Assembly (NCBI GenBank): GCA_963674755.2
Contig: CAXXVS010000003.1
Span: forward strand, 896,001 to 960,000
DNA length: 64,000 nt
Source of the DNA: Desulfobacterales bacterium
GTDB taxonomy: Bacteria > Desulfobacterota > Desulfobacteria > Desulfobacterales > UBA5852
Direction: 5' to 3'
The number at the start of each line of letters is the position of its first letter. Position 1 is the first letter of the stretch. A program made the translations under genes and the position numbers. Shown here in pieces: positions 55,919-64,000 of this stretch. The notes beneath the pieces were generated by a model. It did no database searches, was not told the DNA's origin, and saw only the letters and a list, made by a program, of their open reading frames with translations.

Positions 55919-56806
55919 CTACAGTTTGAACTGCTTTTTGAATTCCTCACGGGGAATGATGCCGTCCTCCCGGACGATAAAATCGACATGGTCCAAATCC
56001 ACCAGGCAGTGGGAATGGATGGTCATGGAATAGCTGGTATGCCCTTCCGTCCGATTTTCATGCTTTTCGTGGATGCGGTGGGCGGAGCTGGGTTTATGCG
56101 AGAACTTGAGACTGTTGGCAAAGAGATAAATCGGAATCTTGTTCAAATGGCACAAACCGACAACTTCCGCCGCTCCCAAAGGGCACACGGCCCTGTGATC
56201 CGGGGTGATGGAAATGGTGCCCAGGAAGAACTTGTTGGCTTTGACAATGAAGTTGCTCAGGTTGTACTCGGGGATGACTTGATGGTCGATGTTCTCGCCA
56301 TGGGCCGTCCATATCAGCTTGCGGGTTTTGGTGAAATCCTGCTTCAAAATCAGCACCTCGAAGGGTTTGCCGATCTTGTTGGCTTGGACGAGGGTATCGC
56401 GGATGGACGCGCTGGTGGAGTAGACGATGATGACGTCGTAGCGATCGATGCACTTCAAGCCGCTCACGACCATCTGTTCGCCGATCGTCTTGAGCCGATC
56501 GATCTTGGACGTGAGGGCGCCGACGATTTTGTTCTTGGTGGCTTGGCAGTCGTCACTGTATTGGCCGGTCATCTCCTTTTCGAAATCTTCGATCAGGTGC
56601 ACCAGCGGTGTAACCTGGGGCTCGGTATTTTTAATGGTTTCAACAAGCTCGGTCACCAAAGGCTCCAGCTTCCCGGCCGAACATCTAAGATCCTGGATGG
56701 AGCGGCGAAACGATTCCAGGGCCACCTGGGTTGTACCATGGGTTCCCAGGACGTCGCCGTGGTCACGGAAGAGTTTGAACAGATTTTGACGGTCGATTTC
56801 TTTCAT
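55919..56806 (-). CDS. eIF2B alpha/beta/delta-like (MtnA/R15Pi superfamily) protein
   Basis: Helical N-domain, IIVYSTS, IPIYLFANSLKF, C-terminal IVREDG; ATGA-coupled to upstream permease. Confidence 0.7.
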   Translation of the reverse strand: MKEIDRQNLFKLFRDHGDVLGTHGTTQVALESFRRSIQDLRCSAGKLEPLVTELVETIKNTEPQVTPLVHLIEDFEKEMTGQYSDDCQATKNKIVGALTSKIDRLKTIGEQMVVSGLKCIDRYDVIIVYSTSASIRDTLVQANKIGKPFEVLILKQDFTKTRKLIWTAHGENIDHQVIPEYNLSNFIVKANKFFLGTISITPDHRAVCPLGAAEVVGLCHLNKIPIYLFANSLKFSHKPSSAHRIHEKHENRTEGHTSYSMTIHSHCLVDLDHVDFIVREDGIIPREEFKKQFKL

Positions 56807-58107
56807 AATGACACCCATAGATAGACGGATAAAAAGATGGAAGCGACGACCAGTGTGATCAAGGTGATAACGGCACTAACCTTCATGAATTCCAGGAAAC
56901 TGATATTGACGTTGTGCCGTTTGGCCATGCCCACGGAGACGATATTGGCGGAAGCGCCGATCATGGTGAGGTTGCCGCCCAGGCAGGCCCCCAAAGACAA
57001 GGCCCACCAGAGAATGTCGTTCGGAATCGGGTGGGATTCGAGCATGAGTTTGACGATGGGGATCATGGTGATCGTGAAGGGAATGTTGTCCAGGAAACCG
57101 GAGACAATCCCGGAGACCCACAGGACCATCAGCACGATCACGTAAGGGTTGTCCCCGACCCTCAGAAACACGTTGTGGGCAATCCATTCCAGCACGTGTT
57201 TTTCTTCCAGAACCCCCACCAGGATGAACAGGCCGGAAAAAAACAGCAGCGTGGTCCACTCGATTTCCTCCATGAGGTGTTCCACGTCGACGTTGGTAAG
57301 CATGATAAGAAGCATGGCGACGGTCAGCGCCACGACCCCGGGGGACATGCCGGTGATGGTTTGGGTGACGAACAGCAGAATTGCCAGGGCCAGGCAGGAC
57401 AGCCCTTTTGTCAGGAATACGCGGTCAATTTTGGTGGTCAGAAATTCATTGCGGATTTTTTCCAGCAATAGCTGGACGCTGAACAGTTTGGCCAGGTTCG
57501 TGTCGATGGGCCGGAACTTTTCGCGGTTGGTCATCCATAGATAGAGCAGGCCGCCTGCGAAACACACGGCTACGGGAAGACCCAGGTTCAAAACGAAGGC
57601 GTTGAAGGTCAGCCCCACCTTGGAACCGATGATGATGTTCGGGGGGTCACCGATCAGCGTGGCGGTGCCCCCGATGTTGGAAATCACCGCCTGGCTGATG
57701 ACATAGAGCTTGGGATCGAGCCCCATGCCGGTGGTCAGTTCAATGACGATGGGGATGATGATCAGAACGGTGGTGACATTGTCGAGAAAGGCCGACAATA
57801 GGGCCGTCACGACCGAAAAGAAAATGAGAATTTTGAGCGGGCTGCCTTTGGTCAGTTCGGCAATTCGCACCGAAAGCATGGTAAACACGCCGGTGCGCCG
57901 CAGGATGGCCACGATCGTCATCATTCCCAGGAGCAGCATGATGGTTTCCGTATCGATGAAGGCAATCGCTTCACGTTCGTGCACCACATGCAGGATGAGC
58001 AGCACCATCACGCCAAATAGCGCGGCAACGGCCTTGTTGACCAGCTCAAGGGAAATGGCCACATAGACCAGAAGAAATATGATAATTGGGAGAAGAGCCC
58101 CTTCCAT
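56803..58107 (-). CDS. ArsB/NhaD (SLC13-like) ion transporter
   Basis: SAFLDNVTT, SNIGGTATLIGDPPN, SGFLDNIP, GGNLTMIGASAN; RBS aaggag. Confidence 0.92.
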   Translation of the reverse strand: MEGALLPIIIFLLVYVAISLELVNKAVAALFGVMVLLILHVVHEREAIAFIDTETIMLLLGMMTIVAILRRTGVFTMLSVRIAELTKGSPLKILIFFSVVTALLSAFLDNVTTVLIIIPIVIELTTGMGLDPKLYVISQAVISNIGGTATLIGDPPNIIIGSKVGLTFNAFVLNLGLPVAVCFAGGLLYLWMTNREKFRPIDTNLAKLFSVQLLLEKIRNEFLTTKIDRVFLTKGLSCLALAILLFVTQTITGMSPGVVALTVAMLLIMLTNVDVEHLMEEIEWTTLLFFSGLFILVGVLEEKHVLEWIAHNVFLRVGDNPYVIVLMVLWVSGIVSGFLDNIPFTITMIPIVKLMLESHPIPNDILWWALSLGACLGGNLTMIGASANIVSVGMAKRHNVNISFLEFMKVSAVITLITLVVASIFLSVYLWVSL

Positions 58108-58428
58108 CGCGTTTGACTCCTTTTTTTTAACCTTAGGGGGACAGTCGTCGCATTTATGAGACTAAAAAACGCTACATATAGCGGCCCAACCTATTGTGGC
58201 AATCATTATTAACCGAGCAGCGTTCACCGGATAAAAGCTGTTCAAAATTTATAGTATGCTCTCATAAGGCCCGCCTGATGGCCGGCAAGGTTGAATTCCA
58301 AGCCTGATGATTTTATAGTAGCCCATTTGATGGTCCTTCATGATGGGGCGCAGAGCGCTTTTCTCCAGGGGCACGGCGGGCACCGCTTGCCACGGCGCCG
58401 GCCCAAAACTTTTCTGAAAGCCTGGGCG

Positions 58429-59442
58429 ATGATATCCAAAGCCAAGGAGCGGCTGCGTCGCTTTTACCAGCAGTTTGCGAACAGTGATCAGGTACTGATC
58501 CTGATCAATGCCGACCCGGATGCCATTGCCAGTGCCATGGCGGTGAAGCGACTCCTCTGGCGGCGGGTGGCCGGCGTCACCATCGCTCATATCAATGTCC
58601 TGCAGCGGCCGGACAACCTGACCATGATCCGGCTGCTGGGCGTCCGGATGGTTCATCTGGACAGCATCGATCCGACCCGTTATGCGCGCCTGGTGCTCGT
58701 GGATTCCCAGCCGAACCACAACGAAGCGTTGGACCGCTTTACCTATGATGCCATCATTGACCACCATCCGGACAGCCGCCCCAAGGGCGGTCATGTGGAC
58801 ATCCGCCCCAAATACGGTGCCACGGCCAGCGTGCTGACCGAGTACCTGCGGGCGGCCAAGATCAAGCCCAGCCGCAAATTGGCCACGGCCCTTTTTCATG
58901 CCATCAAGGTCGACACCTGCAATTTCGAGCGTGAGACCCTGATCGAAGATGTCATTGCGTTTCAGTATCTTTTCCGGTATGCGAATATCCCCCTGGCCCG
59001 GCGCATCGAGCAGGCGGACCTGAAGCTGGATTATCTGGCGTTTTTCCGCAGGGCCATTCAGGTGCGGCGTTTCCGCAGGGGGAAGATATTCGCCTACCTG
59101 GGGACAGTGCCCCATCCGGATGTTTGTGTGCTGATCGCGGATTTTTTCATGCGGGTGGAAACGGTGGCCTGGAGCATCGTGGCGGGACGCCACGGCCACC
59201 ATCTCGTGGTGATCCTGCGCAACGACGGGATTCGTAAGGACGCCGGGGCGTTGGCCCAATGCAGCTTTGGGGAATTCGGATCGGCCGGCGGCCATAAGAC
59301 CATGGCACGTGCCGAACTGGCCCTGCCGGCCGTTGGTGAAGCCGTTGACTATACCCACAGTAAGCGCATGATGGAATGGTTGATCCATCGTGTCGAACAA
59401 CGTACCTGGACGAATCGTGACATCGACTGCAAACATACCTGA
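58429..59442 (+). CDS. DHH family phosphoesterase
   Basis: ADPDAIAS, LVDSQP, IDHH, SAGGH; start inferred. Confidence 0.88.
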   Translation: MISKAKERLRRFYQQFANSDQVLILINADPDAIASAMAVKRLLWRRVAGVTIAHINVLQRPDNLTMIRLLGVRMVHLDSIDPTRYARLVLVDSQPNHNEALDRFTYDAIIDHHPDSRPKGGHVDIRPKYGATASVLTEYLRAAKIKPSRKLATALFHAIKVDTCNFERETLIEDVIAFQYLFRYANIPLARRIEQADLKLDYLAFFRRAIQVRRFRRGKIFAYLGTVPHPDVCVLIADFFMRVETVAWSIVAGRHGHHLVVILRNDGIRKDAGALAQCSFGEFGSAGGHKTMARAELALPAVGEAVDYTHSKRMMEWLIHRVEQRTWTNRDIDCKHT

Positions 59443-60214
59443 CGGCATCCGCGTTACGGTCCTGGGCTCCGGCACCTGCGTACCGCGCCTGGCGCGCAGC
59501 GCCTGTGCGGTCCTGATGCGGGTGGGCGGAAAACAGCTGGTCTTCGATGCCGGACCGGGTACGATGCGTCGCCTGCTGGAGGCCGGCAGCGATATCTACC
59601 AAATCGATTATCTGTTTTTGAGTCATTTCCACCCGGATCACAGCGCCGAGCTGGTGCCGTTATTGTTTGCCACCAAATATCCGGATGCCCAGCGCCGCCG
59701 CAAGTGTCTGACGATCGTCGGCGGGCCCGGATTGAAACACTTTTTTGAAAGCCTGGTAGCGGTTTACGGGCATTGGATTCAGCTGGCCGAGCATCAGATC
59801 AAATTTATCGAGCTGACCGACCGGCCGGGGGACGCCCTCGACGACGGGGGGATTCGGATCACCGCCGCTCCGGTGGTGCACAATCCGGAAAGTGTGGCCT
59901 ACCGGGTCGAAACCCCTTCCGGGGCCTCCGCGGTCTATTCCGGGGATACGGATTATGCCGATCGACTGGTAACCCTGGCCCGCCGGGCCGGTTTGCTGAT
60001 ATGTGAGTCGGCCGTGCCCGATGAAGAGAAGATCCCGGGTCACCTTACACCGGCCCTGGCCGGCCGGATCGCCAGCGAAGCCGGGGTGCGCCAATTGATG
60101 CTGACCCATTTTTATCCGGCCTGCGATCATGCCGATATCGCGGCCCAGTGCCGGCGCACCTACCAGGGACCGCTGGTTCTGGCGGAAGATCTCCTGACGG
60201 TGCAGGTGGCTTGA
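59417..60214 (+). CDS. Metallo-beta-lactamase-fold hydrolase (RNase Z-like)
   Basis: LGSGT, DAGPG, SHFHPDH, YSGDT, LTHFY; start approximate. Confidence 0.88.
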   Translation: MTSTANIPDGIRVTVLGSGTCVPRLARSACAVLMRVGGKQLVFDAGPGTMRRLLEAGSDIYQIDYLFLSHFHPDHSAELVPLLFATKYPDAQRRRKCLTIVGGPGLKHFFESLVAVYGHWIQLAEHQIKFIELTDRPGDALDDGGIRITAAPVVHNPESVAYRVETPSGASAVYSGDTDYADRLVTLARRAGLLICESAVPDEEKIPGHLTPALAGRIASEAGVRQLMLTHFYPACDHADIAAQCRRTYQGPLVLAEDLLTVQVA

Positions 60215-60876
60215 TGCGCTATTACCCCGTCTATCTCGATATGCGTGAACGCAAGGCCCTGGTGGTCGGGGGCGGCGCCGTGGGAAGCCGCAAGGCGCAG
60301 ACCCTGCTGCGGGCCGGCGCCCGGGTGACAGTGGTCAGCCCCCAGGCCAGCGAGGACATCCGGACCCTGGCGGCGGAAGGACGGTTGACGTGGCACCCGC
60401 GTCCCTATTGCGCATCCGATCTCGAGGACATGTTTCTGGTATTCGGTGCAACGGACGACCCGGAACTCGACCGGCGGATTCAAGCCGATGCGGAACAGGG
60501 GCATGTGTTGTGCAATTTTGCCGCACAGCCGGATCGGGGCCAGTTTATCCTTCCTTCGATTGTTGAACGGGGAGATTTGCTGGTCAGCATTTCAACGTGC
60601 GGCCAAAGCCCGGCGGTGGCCCGCCGCCTGCGTCGGGAACTGGAAGACCGGTTCGGCGAAGAATACGCCCCCTTTCTGCAGCTGATGGGCGCCGTGCGCG
60701 CCTGGCTTGTCAAGCGTGAGCATGCGCCGGAAGATCATCGGGCACTTTTCAACCGGTTGATCGACGGAGGGCTGCTGGCTTTGGTCAAGGCCGGCGACCG
60801 GGAGGACATCGATGCTTTGTTGCGATCGGTCCTGGGTGACGACTTGGACATGGGGCGTCTCATGAATCGCCACTAA
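60214..60876 (+). CDS. Precorrin-2 dehydrogenase / sirohydrochlorin ferrochelatase (SirC, CysG N-domain)
   Basis: YYPVYL, VVGGGAVGSRK, ATDD, ISTCGQSP; TGATG coupling. Confidence 0.92.
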   Translation: MRYYPVYLDMRERKALVVGGGAVGSRKAQTLLRAGARVTVVSPQASEDIRTLAAEGRLTWHPRPYCASDLEDMFLVFGATDDPELDRRIQADAEQGHVLCNFAAQPDRGQFILPSIVERGDLLVSISTCGQSPAVARRLRRELEDRFGEEYAPFLQLMGAVRAWLVKREHAPEDHRALFNRLIDGGLLALVKAGDREDIDALLRSVLGDDLDMGRLMNRH

Positions 60877-60906
60877 TGGCAGAGGCTGGAGGCGGAAGAT
60901 TTATTC

Positions 60907-61728
60907 ATGGAAATCGGAATTCTCGGCACCCTGACGCTTTATGCGCTAAGCACCGCGACGTATGTCACTTTTCTTTTCATACAGAAGAAAAGCATGTACC
61001 GCCACGGGGTTTGGCTGCTGTCGGCCGGTTTTGTGCTCCACACCCTGTCGATCGGCTACGAAACCTATGCCGCGGGCTACATCCCCGTCAATACCTTGCG
61101 GGATACCCTCTCCTTTGCGGCCTGGGCCGTGGTCGGGGTCTTCCTTCTCTTTCAATACCGCTACCGTTTGAAGGTGATGGGGATTTTCGCCGCGCCCCTG
61201 GCCGCCTTCACCATGGCGGCGGTGGCTGTTATGTCGCCCAGCGCCCTCGTGGCCAAACCGGTCCTGAAGAGCCTGTGGCTGGTATCCCATGTCACCTTTA
61301 TATTCATCGGGGAAGCCGGAATGGCGCTGGCCTGCGGGCTGGGGGTGCTCTACCTGGTGCAGGAGAAGGCCATCAAGTCCAAGAAGCCGGGTTTCTTCTT
61401 CCGGCGCCTGCCGTCCCTCGACCAGCTCGATTCAGCGGGCTACGGCTGCATTTTGGGCGGGTTTCTGATGATGACCCTGGGGCTGATCATGGGGGTGGTC
61501 TACGCCAAGACCATTTGGGGCCGTTTCTGGAGCTGGGACCCGAAAGAGGTCTGGTCCGGCATCACCTGGCTGCTGTATGCCGCCATGATTCATTTACGGC
61601 TTTCGGTGGGTTGGCAGGGGCGGCGCTCGGCCATCATGGCCATCATCGGTTTTGCCACCGTGCTGTTCACCTTTCTGGGGGTCAACTTTTTCCTGAGCGG
61701 GCACCACGGCGAATTTACCCAGCGTTAG
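60907..61728 (+). CDS. ccsA: Cytochrome c biogenesis protein CcsA/CcsB-like (HemX-like)
   Basis: Multi-TM, WWD domain WGRFWSWDPKE, conserved His residues. Confidence 0.9.
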   Translation: MEIGILGTLTLYALSTATYVTFLFIQKKSMYRHGVWLLSAGFVLHTLSIGYETYAAGYIPVNTLRDTLSFAAWAVVGVFLLFQYRYRLKVMGIFAAPLAAFTMAAVAVMSPSALVAKPVLKSLWLVSHVTFIFIGEAGMALACGLGVLYLVQEKAIKSKKPGFFFRRLPSLDQLDSAGYGCILGGFLMMTLGLIMGVVYAKTIWGRFWSWDPKEVWSGITWLLYAAMIHLRLSVGWQGRRSAIMAIIGFATVLFTFLGVNFFLSGHHGEFTQR

Positions 61729-61824
61729 GCCGGGAGAGACAATAGCGTGCACGGGCCGCCATATGGCGGCCATGCACAGGATGGAACGACAGGTGATCGG
61801 CGCGCGAGCCGCCGATAAAGATAG

Positions 61825-63111
61825 ATGATCGACAAGCGCGATATACTGCTGATTGGATTGAACCATAAAACCGCTCCGGTGGAAGTCCGGGAATGCATCG
61901 GATTTGCCGGTGACGAAACCGACCAGGCCCTGCTGGCCTTACATGCCCTGGAAGCGGTGCAGGAGGTTATGCTGGTGTCCACCTGCAACCGGGTGGAAGT
62001 CCTTTTGGCCACCCCGGCCAAGGACGATGCGGCCCGCCAGGTGATCGCTTTCCTGTCGGAGATGAACAACATTCCGGTGGACCGCTTCGAAGACAATCTT
62101 TACCGGCACACCGGCGATGATGCGGTGCGTCACATTTTTCGCGTGGCGGCCAGTCTGGATTCCATGGTGGTGGGGGAACCCCAGATCCTGGGGCAGATCA
62201 AGGAGGCCTACCGCAAGGCGGCTTTCAAGAAAACATCCGGCGTCATTTTAAACCGCCTGCTACACCGCACCTTTCTGGTGGCCAAGCGGATCCGCAGCGA
62301 AACGGGCATCGGGGATCATGCGGTTTCCATCAGCTATGCGGCCATCGAACTGGCGCGCAAGATCTTCGGGGACCTTGAAGGCCGCAAGGTGCTTTTGATC
62401 GGGGCTGGCGAAATGGCGGAACTGGCGGTCGAGCACCTCATCCGCAACCGCGCTGACGAGATCCTGGTGGCCAACCGCACCTTCGAGCGCGGGGTGGCGC
62501 TGGCCCAGCGGTTTGACGGGCATGCCATCCGTTTCGAAGAGATTCCAGATGCTCTGGAGACCGTGGATATCGTCATCAGTTCCACCGGGGCTTCGGATAT
62601 CGTCATCCGCCGCGATCAGGTCCGGAGGGCCATGCGCCGCCGGCGCAACCGGCCGCTCTTTTTCATCGACATCGCCGTACCGCGGGACATCGACCCAGAC
62701 ATCAACCGTTTGAACAACATCTACGTCTACGACATCGACGATCTCAAAGGGGTTATCGAAGAGAACATCGAAGACCGTCAGCGGGCCGCCATCAAGGGCG
62801 AGCGCATCGTGGACGAAGCGGTAATCCGTTTTCGCCAGTGGTACGAGAACCTGGACGTGGTGCCGACCATCGTGGGGCTGCGCCGCAAGTTCGAGGAAGT
62901 CATCCGGGCCGAGGTGGGCCGCACCTGCCCGGGCGGTGATGCCCGGGGAGTGGCCCCGGACGCCTTGGACAAGATGGTCAACGCCCTGGTCAACAAAATT
63001 CTGCACGACCCCACCACCATCCTGAAACGCGAGGAGGGGCACGGCGACAAAGCCCAACTCCTGGCGGCTGTCCGCAAGCTTTTCAAGCTGGATGACCATG
63101 ACGCCCCATAA
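61825..63111 (+). CDS. hemA: Glutamyl-tRNA reductase
   Basis: GLNHKTAP, STCNRVE, SLDSMVVGEPQILGQ, GAGEM, DIAVPRD. Confidence 0.97.
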   Translation: MIDKRDILLIGLNHKTAPVEVRECIGFAGDETDQALLALHALEAVQEVMLVSTCNRVEVLLATPAKDDAARQVIAFLSEMNNIPVDRFEDNLYRHTGDDAVRHIFRVAASLDSMVVGEPQILGQIKEAYRKAAFKKTSGVILNRLLHRTFLVAKRIRSETGIGDHAVSISYAAIELARKIFGDLEGRKVLLIGAGEMAELAVEHLIRNRADEILVANRTFERGVALAQRFDGHAIRFEEIPDALETVDIVISSTGASDIVIRRDQVRRAMRRRRNRPLFFIDIAVPRDIDPDINRLNNIYVYDIDDLKGVIEENIEDRQRAAIKGERIVDEAVIRFRQWYENLDVVPTIVGLRRKFEEVIRAEVGRTCPGGDARGVAPDALDKMVNALVNKILHDPTTILKREEGHGDKAQLLAAVRKLFKLDDHDAP

Positions 63112-63195
63112 AAACTGATCGCCCCCCGGCAGGCATTGCCGTCATTCCCCGCGTCACGCCTGTTGCCGTGTCAGGCCTTGGCGGCTGGGCGACCA

Positions 63196-63840
63196 TCAGG
63201 CCGGGGTTTTATCGGGATAGGGGCACAGACGCCGGAGCGGGCAGGAAGGACAAACGGGTTTACGCGCCAGGCAGACATCCCGTCCGAAGTGAATCAACTG
63301 CAGGCTGAAGGTATTCCAGGCCCGCTTGGGCATAATGGCCATGAGATCCTGTTCGATCTTGGCTGGATCGGTATGCGCCGTCAGGCCCAGGCGGCCCGAC
63401 AGGCGTTTGACATGGGTGTCCACCACCATGCCGGGAATGCCGAAGGCCGCTCCCAGCACCACATTGGCGGTCTTGCGGCCCACTCCGGGCAGAGCGGTGA
63501 GGGCTTCCAGGCGGTGAGGGACCCGGCCTTCATGCTTTTCGGCCAGAGCCCGCGCGCAGGCCCGGATGTTGCGTGCCTTGTTGTGGTAAAAACCCGTGGG
63601 CCGGATAAGGGCTTCGATGTCACGCACAGGAGCCGCGGCCAGGTCGTCTGCGGTGGGGTAGCGATCGAAGAGAGCCGGGGTAACGCTGTTGACCTGGCGG
63701 TCGGTGGTCTGGGCCGAGAGAATGGTGGCCACGAGGAGTTCAAAGGGGTTGCGGTGGGTCAGGGCCGTCTTGACATCCGGATAGGTGTTCCTTAGGATTT
63801 TGCGGATTTTGTCGGTGCGGCGGCGGAGGTGCGAATCCAT
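63196..63840 (-). CDS. nth: Endonuclease III
   Basis: ILSAQTTD, HhH LPGVGRKTANV, VDTHV, CLARKPVCPSCPLRRLC 4Fe-4S motif. Confidence 0.96.
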   Translation of the reverse strand: MDSHLRRRTDKIRKILRNTYPDVKTALTHRNPFELLVATILSAQTTDRQVNSVTPALFDRYPTADDLAAAPVRDIEALIRPTGFYHNKARNIRACARALAEKHEGRVPHRLEALTALPGVGRKTANVVLGAAFGIPGMVVDTHVKRLSGRLGLTAHTDPAKIEQDLMAIMPKRAWNTFSLQLIHFGRDVCLARKPVCPSCPLRRLCPYPDKTPA

Positions 63841-64000
63841 AGATCTTCCATTCGGTTGGGCGTACGGGCGATGGCATTTGTTGATGTTCATCCAGAGATG
63901 GTCGCTTTGGGTTTCGGCCAAGGTCGCAGGGAATTGTCCAGCGTTGCTGGACTTCCCGTCCGGTCCAACCCCGTTGTGGGTGCAAACCGCAGGCGAAGCT

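Noticed and set aside
1..64000. CRISPR arrays, tRNA/rRNA, transposases, integrases, prophage
   Set aside because: No regularly spaced repeats, RNA gene signatures or matching protein motifs were seen by eye.

Overview
GC-rich bacterial chromosomal window. Gene content (Mop-type aldehyde oxidoreductases, a DVU_1551-1560-like cluster, sirC-ccsA-hemA, sigma54 two-component islands) suggests a sulfate-reducing Desulfobacterota, probably Desulfobacterales; this is an inference. Left to right: (1) the end of a NitT/TauT ABC operon, a D-2-hydroxyacid dehydrogenase, an E1 alpha/beta pair with no E2/E3 nearby, mgtE and small genes. (2) An ~11.5 kb accessory locus (9.8-21.3 kb): ECF sigma, anti-sigma and multidomain S8 protease, facing an operon for a predicted outer-membrane beta-barrel and two paralogous secreted Ig-like proteins, flanked by two large secreted Ig/CARDB-repeat proteins. 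Three of these proteins share a ~105-aa domain I cannot name, and three upstream regions share a TGAACY-N16-nYAC motif. This is the best candidate for an undescribed system. (3) pfpI and a PAS-GGDEF gene. (4) A 16.6 kb molybdo-aldehyde-oxidoreductase cluster with two tandem mop paralogues and accessory genes. (5) A sigma54 island (41-54.4 kb) with TauE and TerC transporters, two histidine kinases, three response regulators, CBS proteins and a GNAT-histone deacetylase fusion, carrying five -24/-12 promoter regions and a recurrent TGTC-N11-GACA site. (6) A degenerate serine hydrolase, an SLC13 permease coupled to an eIF2B-like gene, a DHH/MBL/heme-biosynthesis operon and nth. I saw no rRNA, tRNA, CRISPR array or transposase; two short palindromic MITE/REP-like elements are present. 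All family calls come from motif recognition by eye; no searches were run.
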